Shown here: positions 49,898 to 58,318 of the stretch, one piece after another | How positions within the stretch are numbered: the first letter of the stretch is position 1 | How the letters are laid out: each line of letters starts with the position of its first letter | NCBI GenBank assembly: GCA_028716385.1 | Contig: JAQUPX010000001.1 | Coordinates: forward strand, 827,674-891,673 | Direction: 5' to 3' | Length of the DNA stretch: 64,000 nucleotides | Origin: a bacterium | Lineage (GTDB): Bacteria; Hydrothermota; UBA3073; JACQXS01; JAQTXJ01 | The notes under the pieces: generated by a model | Seen by the model: only the letters and a program-made list of their open reading frames with translations | The model's database searches: none | What the model was told of the DNA's origin: nothing | Made by a program: the position numbers and the translations under genes

Positions 49898-51145
49898 TTA
49901 TAGTCCGTACATTGCTATAATCTCGTCTTTCTTTTTGCCGAGTATTTTATACTTTTCCCCAACCTTGGCAAATGCATTAATTGCTTTATCAAGATGCTCT
50001 CTTTCGTGGTCTGCGGAAATCTGAACCCTGATTCTTGCCTGTCCTTGCGCAACTACCGGGAAGAAGAATCCAATAACATATATGCCTTCAGCGTATAAGT
50101 CTTTTGCCATATTCTGGGCAAGTTTCGCATTATATAACATTACGGGAACAATCGGATGAGTCCCTTCTTTTATGTCCAAACCTCTCTTCTTTATTTCTTC
50201 CCTGAAATATAGCGCGTTTGCCTCAAGTTTGTCTCTTCTTTCGTTGTTCTTGGAAATCATATCTATTATTTTTATTGAGGCTGCAACTATCGCCGGCGGA
50301 ACGGTATTAGAAAATAAATAAGGTCTTGCCCGCTGTCTGCACATTCCGACGATTTCTTTCGGTCCGCTTACGCATCCGCCTGTCGCTCCACCCATTGCTT
50401 TTCCAAGAGTCGTTGTAATTACGTCTACTCTGTCCATAACTCCACAATGTTCATGAGTCCCGCGACCGTTCTTTCCCATAAATCCGGTGGAATGGGAATC
50501 GTCTACCATAACGATTGCATCGTATTTATCGGCCAAATCACATATTTTATCAAGCTTGGCTATGTCGCCATCCATTGAGAAAACTCCGTCGGTTATAATC
50601 ATTCTGAAACGACAACTCTGGGTTTCCTGTAATTTTTCCTCAAGATGTTCCATATTGGAATGTTTGTAATTGAATAACTGCGCTTTGCATAATCTCATCC
50701 CGTCCACAATTGAAGCGTGGACAAGCCTGTCGGATATCATTGCGTCTTCTTTATCCAATGTTACATCGAAAAGTGCGGCATTTGCTTCCATACAGGAAGG
50801 AAATAATATCGTATCTTCCATTTTGAGAAACTCGGAAAGTTTTTTCTCGAGTTCATCGTGTATGTCCTGCGTTCCGCAGATAAACCTGACAGAAGACAAT
50901 CCAAAACCTCTTTCATCAAGCCCTTTATGTGCGGCTGCTATAACTTCCGGATGACTGGACAATCCAAGATAGTTGTTGGCGCAAAAATTTAACACTTCTT
51001 TTGTCTCTGAACCTACAGGGTATTCTACTTTTATATTAGCGCGCTGGGGTGATTTTATGAATCTCTCTTCTTTAAGTAGACCGTTATTTTTTATACCCGT
51101 GAGTTCTGTTCCGTAAAACTCTTTTGCTTTATTACTGTATGCCAT
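49898..51145 (-). CDS. kbl: alpha-oxoamine synthase, closest to 2-amino-3-ketobutyrate CoA ligase (Kbl) within the Kbl/SPT/BioF family
   Basis: 415 aa. Long collinear identity with E. coli Kbl as recalled (NFCANNYLGL, SVRFICGTQD, DGVFSMDG, VMVDDSH, PLP-lysine context TLGKAMGG, RPYLFSN, GFFFPVV..QARIR). The start ATG overlaps the ACP stop (TAATG). Confidence 0.8.
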   Translation of the reverse strand: MAYSNKAKEFYGTELTGIKNNGLLKEERFIKSPQRANIKVEYPVGSETKEVLNFCANNYLGLSSHPEVIAAAHKGLDERGFGLSSVRFICGTQDIHDELEKKLSEFLKMEDTILFPSCMEANAALFDVTLDKEDAMISDRLVHASIVDGMRLCKAQLFNYKHSNMEHLEEKLQETQSCRFRMIITDGVFSMDGDIAKLDKICDLADKYDAIVMVDDSHSTGFMGKNGRGTHEHCGVMDRVDVITTTLGKAMGGATGGCVSGPKEIVGMCRQRARPYLFSNTVPPAIVAASIKIIDMISKNNERRDKLEANALYFREEIKKRGLDIKEGTHPIVPVMLYNAKLAQNMAKDLYAEGIYVIGFFFPVVAQGQARIRVQISADHEREHLDKAINAFAKVGEKYKILGKKKDEIIAMYGL

Positions 51146-51402
51146 TAGACCCCCTTCTTAAATTCCCCGACTAATTTTATAATATTGTTAACGGTGTCGA
51201 ATGCCTGGGGAGTTGCTTTGTCGTCCGGGATTTTAATCTCGAATTTTTTCTCGAGAAAGGTTTTAAGTGATACCATAGAAAAAGAATCCACAATCCCGCT
51301 TGATATTAAAGGCGTGTTCTCATCTATTTCCTGGTCTGAATCCTCATCAAGGTATTCTCTCTTTACGTAATCTGTAATTAATTTTTTCATATCGTCTGCC
51401 AT
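51145..51402 (-). CDS. acyl carrier protein-like (phosphopantetheine attachment site)
   Basis: 85 aa, acidic, with ...GIVDSFSMVSLKTFLEKKFEIKIPDD... (DSx Ser in a helix-II context). Translationally coupled to kbl. Confidence 0.65.
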   Translation of the reverse strand: MADDMKKLITDYVKREYLDEDSDQEIDENTPLISSGIVDSFSMVSLKTFLEKKFEIKIPDDKATPQAFDTVNNIIKLVGEFKKGV

Positions 51403-51669
51403 TTTTCCCCCTATTTTTAATCGTTTTTACAATTTTACTTTACCTCTTTATATCTTGTAGGCACGAATCCATCTTATTTGTTTCCCTGATATTCTGATAA
51501 CCTGATATCCTGCCTTCTGATCCTCTGCATCTTCTGATATGCTGTTTGTTTGTCTCTTTCCCTATATGTCCTTTAGTTAGAGTTTCCGCCTCAGGCGGAT
51601 TACTCTAACTTATCCAGCTCAGCTGGGATATGTCCTATATGTCTTATTCTTTCTGTTTTCTGCCCCTTT
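51403..51669. repeat. intergenic repeat element copy A: CTGATAT array, a 36-bp hairpin and a 17-bp palindromic motif
   Basis: CTGATAT-like units x5 at 51484-51543. Hairpin AGTTAGAG-ttt-CCGCC-tca-GGCGG-attaCTCTAACT at 51575-51610. TATCCAGCTCAGCTGGG at 51611-51627. Confidence 0.6.
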
Positions 51670-53373
51670 TTAATCGTTTTCTAATGTCGAAATATCTCCT
51701 ATTTCTTCGCCCCATTCTTGCGCTCTTAACAATCTTCTCATAATTTTACCGCTTCTTGTTTTCGGAAGAGAAGCAACAAATTCAATTTCCTGTGGCATCG
51801 CTAATGGAGATAATTTTTTACGAATAAAGTTCATTATGCTCATCTCAAGGTCGCTGCTTTTCTCGAATCCCGGTTTCAGCGCTATAAAAGCTTTGACTAC
51901 TTCCATATTTATCGGGTCGGGTTTTCCGACTGCCGCGGATTCTGCAACCGCTTCGTGTTCCAGAAGCGCAGATTCAATTTCAAAAGGCCCCACAAGATGT
52001 CCCGCAGTATTGATTACGTCGTCATCTCTGCCGACAAACCAGAAATATCCCTCGGCATCAATGCTTGAACGGTCACCACATATATACCAGCCGTTCTTAA
52101 ATTTGCCGTCATAAGTTGCTTTATTTTGCCAGTAAGTCCTGAACATAGATGGCCAGCCGGGTTTAAGAGCAACAAGCCCTACTAATCCGGGTTTCGTTAT
52201 TGGTTCATAAGTTTTCGGGTCAACGACTATAGCTGTTATGCCGGGGACTGCTTTTCCCATTGAACCCGGTTTTACTTTCATACCCGGGAAATTACTTATC
52301 ATTATTGAGCCTGTTTCTGTCTGCCAGTAAGAATCAAGGAATGGCTTCCCGAATACCTTTTCCGACCATACGACTGCTTCAGCGTTAAGTGGTTCGCCTA
52401 CGCTTATTAAATGTCTTAAAGATGAAAGGTTATGCGCTTTTACCGGAGCATCCCCTTCTTTCATTAACATACGTATTGCAGTCGGAGCCGAATACCAGAC
52501 GGTAACTTTGTATTTATCAATAAAATCATACCAGTGTGAGACGTTAAATCCGGCATCAAGAACTGTCTGTGTGACGCCGTTTGCCCATGCTCCGATTATT
52601 CCGTAAGAAGTTCCGGTTACCCAACCGGGATCTGCCGTGCACCAGTAAATATCGTCAGGTCTGATATCAAGTACCCATTTTGCAGTTATATATTGTGAAA
52701 TTATTGATGAATGAACGTGCAGCGCTCCTTTAGGTGTGCCCGTGGTGCCCGAAGTGTAATGTAGAACTGACGGGGTTTCCGGGCTGGCTTTAAAGATATC
52801 GAATTTATCAACTTTTGGCATCTTTGCCATATCAAAAGAGAGTTCGTCGTTTTCTAATGGTTTTTCTCCCGCATCAAGGACGATAATTTTTGTCATTTCA
52901 GGCAGTGTTTTGCGAATTCTGCGAACTTTCCCCAAATGTTTTCTTGTTGTGAATATTGCTTTCGTTTTGGCATTGTCTAATCTTGTAAATAATGCTTCTT
53001 CTCCAAATGCCGAGAAAAGAGGCTGGACGATTCCGCCCATTTTCAAAACTCCTAAGAAAGAAATATAAAGTTCAGGAATTTTATCCATAAACACGCATAT
53101 TCTGTCTCCGGGATTCACTCCGATATCCTGTAAAAACTTAGCAAAACAGTTGCTGTAAATTCGTATATCATCGTAAGTATATTTTTTAACTTCGCCTGTA
53201 AATCCTTCCCATATCATAGCGATTTTTTGGCCAAATCCTTTTTCGCAAATCCTGTCACTGCAGTAGTACCCTATGTTGTACATCCCGTCTTTGCCGTATT
53301 CTAGTTCCTTTTCCGAATCTTTCCAATTAAAGCTTTTATATTTTTCCTCATATGAGCCGATATTACTCATCAT
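51670..53373 (-). CDS. AMP-forming acyl/acetyl-CoA synthetase family ligase (short Acs-like)
   Basis: 567 aa. YTSGTTGTPKG (A3), YWQTETG (A5, an Acs/PrpE hallmark), and GDRSSIDAEGYFWFVGRDDDVINTAGH (A8 hinge). Confidence 0.8.
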   Translation of the reverse strand: MMSNIGSYEEKYKSFNWKDSEKELEYGKDGMYNIGYYCSDRICEKGFGQKIAMIWEGFTGEVKKYTYDDIRIYSNCFAKFLQDIGVNPGDRICVFMDKIPELYISFLGVLKMGGIVQPLFSAFGEEALFTRLDNAKTKAIFTTRKHLGKVRRIRKTLPEMTKIIVLDAGEKPLENDELSFDMAKMPKVDKFDIFKASPETPSVLHYTSGTTGTPKGALHVHSSIISQYITAKWVLDIRPDDIYWCTADPGWVTGTSYGIIGAWANGVTQTVLDAGFNVSHWYDFIDKYKVTVWYSAPTAIRMLMKEGDAPVKAHNLSSLRHLISVGEPLNAEAVVWSEKVFGKPFLDSYWQTETGSIMISNFPGMKVKPGSMGKAVPGITAIVVDPKTYEPITKPGLVGLVALKPGWPSMFRTYWQNKATYDGKFKNGWYICGDRSSIDAEGYFWFVGRDDDVINTAGHLVGPFEIESALLEHEAVAESAAVGKPDPINMEVVKAFIALKPGFEKSSDLEMSIMNFIRKKLSPLAMPQEIEFVASLPKTRSGKIMRRLLRAQEWGEEIGDISTLEND

Positions 53374-53744
53374 TCCCCCCTTTTAGTTAGAGTTTGTTTC
53401 GGCAGAAACATTAGTCTAACTTATCCAGCTTAGCTGGGCTTAATTATTTTCTTTTTTCTGTCCCTGATATCCTGATTTCCTGATATTCTTCCCACTGATA
53501 TTCTGATCTCCTGATATACTGTTTGTTTCTCCGTTATCTTTTAACCCTAAAACTTCTTTTAATCCGTGCAAATCCGTGTCTGTTATCCGTGGCTAATATT
53601 TTTTTCTGTGGTTTCTTTCCGTTATCTGTCATCTTTTAACCCCAAAACTTTTCTTTTCTCTGCGAACATCCTAATTCTGTTTATCCTTTTTATATCTTTT
53701 TCTATTTTTAACTCTTTCGTTTATGTTTTTTTCTTCTATCCTGT
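53374..53744. repeat. intergenic repeat element copy B. It starts 12 nt upstream of the ligase ATG, carries an internal ~30-nt tandem duplication, and has a ~60-nt block homologous to 57530-57595.
   Basis: Hairpin at 53385-53420 (same outer stem AGTTAGA/TCTAACT, different inner stem GTTTC/GAAAC). TATCCAGCTTAGCTGGG at 53422-53438. CTGATAT-like x6 at 53461-53521. TTTTAACCCYAAAACTT twice. AATCCGTGCAAATCCGTG...CCGTGGCTAATATTTTT. Confidence 0.6.
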
Positions 53745-54143
53745 TTATCCTGCAAATCTGCGTCCAAAAACTCTTTCCTTTTTCCGTTTTTCCACCAATG
53801 CAAACCCCATAGCATATTCCTTTGAATGCGCATAAGAAATATGAATATCCGACGCCGATTTTTCTTTTGCAAAATTTTTAATAAATCCTGACAACACAGG
53901 TTTCCCCTGTTCGTTTATTTCTATGTTATGCCAGTATGAACCGTATTCAAGCCCGCATCCGAGTGCTTTCAAGATTGCTTCTTTCGTCGCAAAAAGCATA
54001 GCGTAAAACTCATCTTTCAGGTATTTTCCGGTGGCAGTTGTAATTTCGTTATCCGTAAGGAACTGTCGAATAAAATCTTTCTTATTGGTTAGTTCTTTAA
54101 ATCTTTTTATTTCAACGATATCAATACCCGTTCCGATAATCAT
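53745..54143 (-). CDS. acpS: holo-[acyl-carrier-protein] synthase (4'-phosphopantetheinyl transferase)
   Basis: 132 aa. MIIGTGIDIVEIKRF start. Conserved ...FAAKEA.LKALG... Confidence 0.85.
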   Translation of the reverse strand: MIIGTGIDIVEIKRFKELTNKKDFIRQFLTDNEITTATGKYLKDEFYAMLFATKEAILKALGCGLEYGSYWHNIEINEQGKPVLSGFIKNFAKEKSASDIHISYAHSKEYAMGFALVEKRKKERVFGRRFAG

Positions 54144-54259
54144 TTTTTATAGTTTGGTTATATAAAAAGTTATACTTTTGTCAAGTTTTCTTGCTTCGTA
54201 TTAACAAATTGATATACTTATTTGTGAGTTTGTTCTTTTGCTTCCCAAATTTTTTGCTA

Positions 54260-55336
54260 TCAATCTGCAAAACTACGCAAACCATTAAATCTATAAACAT
54301 TATATTTATTTAATAGACTAACTAATGTGTCCTGCTTGTTCTCTTCCCCTTCCAAAAGCACAATTTTATCAGGATTTAGTAACTCTATTTGTTGGAGTAT
54401 ATGATTATGATTTGTATTATAAGAACAATGAATTACAACAAAATTTATATCCGATGGTAATTTTCCACTAATATCTTTTATCCCTTTAAGTATATTATCT
54501 TCCGACATAAAAGGAGTCATTAATGTTGGTGTTATTTTTTCTAATTTCCTTATTGCTTTTTCAATTATCCCAAAACATATACTGCCTTCCGGCCCTATAC
54601 AGGGGTGTACAGTATCAAGGTTTAAAATCCCCGTTCTTAATCCGTTTGTGAATCCCGTATTGATAAGCGATTTACAAAATTCGTGCCTGTGCAAATTGTT
54701 TTCACTTATAACCATAATTTTACCGGGTTCAACGAGAATAGATTCACAGGTCGACCAGTTTTTCCTTACTATTTCCGGGCATTTATTCCAGTTCTTTATA
54801 AATTCGTGAGTCTTGGGGTCATGAGGATATCCCGACCCAAAATCCCCGTATTTTTTATGTAACTCTTCTATCTCGTTGTCTCTCGTTACCTTTGCCAGAA
54901 TAGACGCAGCGCTTACTATAGGATATTTCTGGTCGGCTTTTGGTATAATAATTAATTCGGGTTCGGGAATAGTTAAAAGACTTTTTATTTTATTGGAATA
55001 GTTAGCTATCGCAGAAGGTGAAACGGGAGTATCAATAATTACTTTATCCGGGCAAAACTTATTGATTAATTCAACGCTGGCGTCCATCTCAAGTATGGTT
55101 AAATTAGTTTGTTCAATGGCATCCGGTAATATTTGTATTGTTTCATAGGCAATAGCAAGTTCTTTGATAAGCGGAACAAAAGCGTTGCGTTGCCCCGGTG
55201 TAAGCATCTTAGAGTCTTTTACTCCAAGTTTTTTTAATTCTTTTAAGTTGGCTTCATCACATAATACGCCACAAACGACAAGCGGTCCTATAACCGGCCC
55301 GCGTCCCGCTTCATCAATCCCTAATATTTTTTTCAT
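54260..55336 (-). CDS. rnhB: ribonuclease HII with ~150-aa C-terminal extension of unknown function
   Basis: 358 aa. N-terminal ~200 aa canonical RNase HII (ILGIDEAGRGPVIGPLVV, ...DSK..., SAASILAK). The C-terminal ~150 aa (…HEFCKSLINTGF…PCIGPEGSICFGII…VVIHCSYNTNHNH…) has no family I can name. Confidence 0.75.
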   Translation of the reverse strand: MKKILGIDEAGRGPVIGPLVVCGVLCDEANLKELKKLGVKDSKMLTPGQRNAFVPLIKELAIAYETIQILPDAIEQTNLTILEMDASVELINKFCPDKVIIDTPVSPSAIANYSNKIKSLLTIPEPELIIIPKADQKYPIVSAASILAKVTRDNEIEELHKKYGDFGSGYPHDPKTHEFIKNWNKCPEIVRKNWSTCESILVEPGKIMVISENNLHRHEFCKSLINTGFTNGLRTGILNLDTVHPCIGPEGSICFGIIEKAIRKLEKITPTLMTPFMSEDNILKGIKDISGKLPSDINFVVIHCSYNTNHNHILQQIELLNPDKIVLLEGEENKQDTLVSLLNKYNVYRFNGLRSFAD

Positions 55337-55681
55337 AATATCAATCTAATTAAAACTCTTATCTGTTTTTCTGTGCCTTTCTTTTCGTTTTCTGTTATTC
55401 TTTAACTCTATAACTTTTCTGTTTCTGTTATCTGTTATCTGTTTTCTGTGTCTTTCTGTGGCTAAAATTCTTTTTCTTTTTGTTGTTTTAATCGTGTGAA
55501 ATCGTGTGGAATCTCGTGGTTACTATTTGTTCTTTGTTTTCTGTTAATCCGTTCAATCCTTGTCTACCGGCAGGCAGGTGCGTCCAAAAATTTCCTTACT
55601 CAACTTACTCACCTCACTTACCTTACTCAACTATTGTATCCAGCTCAGCTGGGCACCGTCTACACTGTCTAATCTGCCGTA
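55337..55681. repeat. intergenic repeat element copy C (between rpmA and rnhB)
   Basis: TATCCAGCTCAGCTGGG at 55637-55653. CTTACTCA x4. AATCGTGTGAAATCGTGTGG. CTGTTATCTGTTATCTGTTTTCTG tandem units. A 14-nt match (TGCGTCCAAAAA...) to the acpS 3' end region. Confidence 0.55.
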
Positions 55682-55951
55682 TCAGGCAGTTTTAACTTCC
55701 TGCGGGATAACGCTCACAAACTTTCTTCCTGCTTTACCTTTTTTGTATTGCACTTTCCCGTCTATTTTAGCGAATATAGAATCGTCACCGCTTCTTCCCG
55801 TGTTAGTTCCCGGGTGTATTGGTGTGCCTCTTTGTTTTACGATTATTGTTCCGCCGGTTACCAATTCTCCGCTATATCTTTTTACTCCAAGAAATTGAGG
55901 ATTGCTGTCTCTACCATTTCTTGACGCTCCAAGTCCTTTTTTATGTGCCAT
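55682..55951 (-). CDS. rpmA: 50S ribosomal protein L27
   Basis: 89 aa. [24 protein letters not shown]. Confidence 0.95.
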   Translation of the reverse strand: MAHKKGLGASRNGRDSNPQFLGVKRYSGELVTGGTIIVKQRGTPIHPGTNTGRSGDDSIFAKIDGKVQYKKGKAGRKFVSVIPQEVKTA

Positions 55952-56011
55952 GTTTACACCTCCCTATTTCAATCTTTATTAAATAATCTAATTTTTCAAA
56001 TCTGTCAATCT

Positions 56012-57262
56012 TTAAACTCTTTTTATTTTTGCACCTAATGCCTGTAATTTGGATTCTATCTTTTCGTAACCCCTGTCTATATGATAAACTCTTAGCACTT
56101 CCGTACTATCTTTTGCCGCAAGCCCCGCAATAACAAGTCCTGCGCCACCTCGTATATCGGAAGCCATAACTTTTGCGCCTGACAATTCTTTTACTCCGTT
56201 TATTATGGCGCTCCTGTCTTTTATCTCTATTTGCGCGCCCATACGAATCAATTCGGGTATGTGATTGAATCTCTTCTCATACATAGTTTCTACCACTATA
56301 GATGTCCCCTGCGCAAGCGTAAGCAATGAAGTCATTTGAGATTGCAAATCCGTTGGGAAACCCGGGTACGGAGCAGTTTTTATTAAACAACTTTTAAATG
56401 TCTTTTTCCCTTTTGCCCTTATTCCGTTTTTTTCTTTGGTTATTTCAATACCTATTTCCTGCAATTTTGATATTTCCGGAGTAGAATCTTCCCAGCAAGC
56501 ATTTCGCAGAAAAACATCTCCGGCAGTAATCCCGGCAGATATCATAAATGTTCCGACTTCAATATAATCGGGAGTTATCGTGTATTCAACGGGATGTAAA
56601 TTTTTTACGCCTTGAATAAAAATAATGCCGTCTTTAGTACAAATTTTTGCCCCTGCAGCATTAAGAAAATTTATCAAATCTATAATATGAGGTTCAAATG
56701 CGCCGTTTATTATGGAAATTTCTCCATCGGCAAAAACAGATGCTAACATTATATTCTCTGTAGCAGTAACGGACCTTTCATTGAATGTTACTTTTGTCCC
56801 GTTTAAAGGCATTGATTTACAAGTCGCGTTTATATAACCATGTTCTTCTCTTATATCTATGCCTAAAGCCTTAAATCCATGTAAATGTTCTCCGACAGGT
56901 CTTGCTCCGATTGCGCATCCGCCCGGGTGAGCTATTTTAACTTCTTTTAGTCTGCCAAGCAATGCTCCTGCCATAAGAAAACTCGCTCGCATTGTAGAAA
57001 CAAGCTCATAAGGAATAAAATTATTGTTTACCGCGCTCGCATCTACCGTTAAAGTGTTAGAAGAAATTTTTGTTTTAATATTTACATTCTCAAGTATTTT
57101 TAACATTGTCCTTATATCTCCGAGCATAGGGACGTTATGAAGTGTGCTTATTCCGTTAATTAATGTTGTAGCGGCAATTATCGGCAATGCGGCATTCTTT
57201 GAACCGGATATTGTAACTTCCCCGCTAAGAGGCGTACCACCTTCAATTATAAATTTTTGCAT
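56012..57262 (-). CDS. murA: UDP-N-acetylglucosamine 1-carboxyvinyltransferase
   Basis: 416 aa. MQKFIIEGGTPLSGEVTISGSKNAALPI. Active-site Cys in ...HPGGCAIGARPV.... Confidence 0.95.
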   Translation of the reverse strand: MQKFIIEGGTPLSGEVTISGSKNAALPIIAATTLINGISTLHNVPMLGDIRTMLKILENVNIKTKISSNTLTVDASAVNNNFIPYELVSTMRASFLMAGALLGRLKEVKIAHPGGCAIGARPVGEHLHGFKALGIDIREEHGYINATCKSMPLNGTKVTFNERSVTATENIMLASVFADGEISIINGAFEPHIIDLINFLNAAGAKICTKDGIIFIQGVKNLHPVEYTITPDYIEVGTFMISAGITAGDVFLRNACWEDSTPEISKLQEIGIEITKEKNGIRAKGKKTFKSCLIKTAPYPGFPTDLQSQMTSLLTLAQGTSIVVETMYEKRFNHIPELIRMGAQIEIKDRSAIINGVKELSGAKVMASDIRGGAGLVIAGLAAKDSTEVLRVYHIDRGYEKIESKLQALGAKIKRV

Positions 57263-57661
57263 AGTTTATGGTATTTTAGAATCTTTTGTATTTAATCGAA
57301 ATTATAAAATTTTTCTCCGTCTTCTCCATTTTTTTTAGTTAGACTTTGTCATTTTTTTTACCCCAAAACTTCTCTTTCTTTCTTTTCTCGTGTTAATCTC
57401 GTATTAATCTGGTTCTGTTTTTTTTGTTTTCCTTTCTCTGTTTTTTCTTGTGGAAATCTGTGAAATCTTGTGGTTCCATTTTGTTATCAGTTCTCTGTTT
57501 TCTGTTTTTTTTTAATCTGTTACTCTAAAATTTTTCTTAATCCGTGTTAATCCGTGGCTAATATTTTTTCTCTGTGCACTCTGTGGTTTGATATTATTAT
57601 CTGAATTTTTTATTTCAACTAAAACACGAAACGTTGTATTTTACTTTCTGATGAATCAATA
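57263..57661. repeat. intergenic repeat element copy D (murA leader / downstream of purE)
   Basis: AGTTAGAC half-hairpin at 57337-57344. TTTTACCCCAAAACTTCTC. AATCTGTGAAATCTTGTGG. TAATCCGTGTTAATCCGTGGCTAATATTTTTTCTCTGTG (57530-57595) is ~80% identical to 53550-53612. Confidence 0.55.
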
Positions 57662-58087
57662 CTATTTGCTATATTTTAATATTTTACAAGCAAATATAGC
57701 AGCATTTTTTGCCCCGGATTTTCCTATTCCCATTGTAGCGACGGGAACACCTCCCGGCATCTCGGCTATGGATAATAAAGAATCCACACCATGGAGTGGA
57801 GAAGTAGGAAGAGGAACGCCTATTACAGGCATATCGGTATATGATGCGATAAAACCCGGTAAAGCGCAGGCATACCCACACATAGCGATTGCAACTTTTA
57901 CGCCCCTTTCTTTTAACCCCAAAGCGTATTCCCTTGTTTTATCGGGAGTTCTATGTGCGGAAGTAATTATCACTTCATAAACGATATTGTTTTCATCCAG
58001 AACTTTTTTGCAGTCTTCAAGCCAGGATTCATCAGACTGACTACCTATTGCGATACTTACTAACGGATTAGATTTTTTATCAGACAT
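57662..58087 (-). CDS. purE: N5-carboxyaminoimidazole ribonucleotide mutase
   Basis: 141 aa. ...VSIAIGSQSD..., ...SAHRTP..., ...GVPVATM.... Confidence 0.9.
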   Translation of the reverse strand: MSDKKSNPLVSIAIGSQSDESWLEDCKKVLDENNIVYEVIITSAHRTPDKTREYALGLKERGVKVAIAMCGYACALPGFIASYTDMPVIGVPLPTSPLHGVDSLLSIAEMPGGVPVATMGIGKSGAKNAAIFACKILKYSK

Positions 58088-58318
58088 AGCTAATGTTATA
58101 TATATAATATATTAAAAGTCAACTTTATTTTGTTTGTTGTTTATGGTAGATAATAACATAGCTATCGGATAAGAAGCCTTTGCCTAGATTTATCGGGATT
58201 ATATAATTTTACTGGAAATACCTATAAAAGTAGAATTGTTTTACTTGTAAAAGGGGAAAGCTTAATAAATAAACCTCTAAAAATCAATCCAAACAACTTA
58301 TTTACAACGAATTCAACG

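Noticed and set aside
58088-58318. Possible purine riboswitch in the purE leader
   Set aside because: I read the leader on the minus strand. It lacks the conserved J2/3 GUUUCUACC and P3 CCGUAAAU elements in the correct order, so there is no support for a riboswitch.
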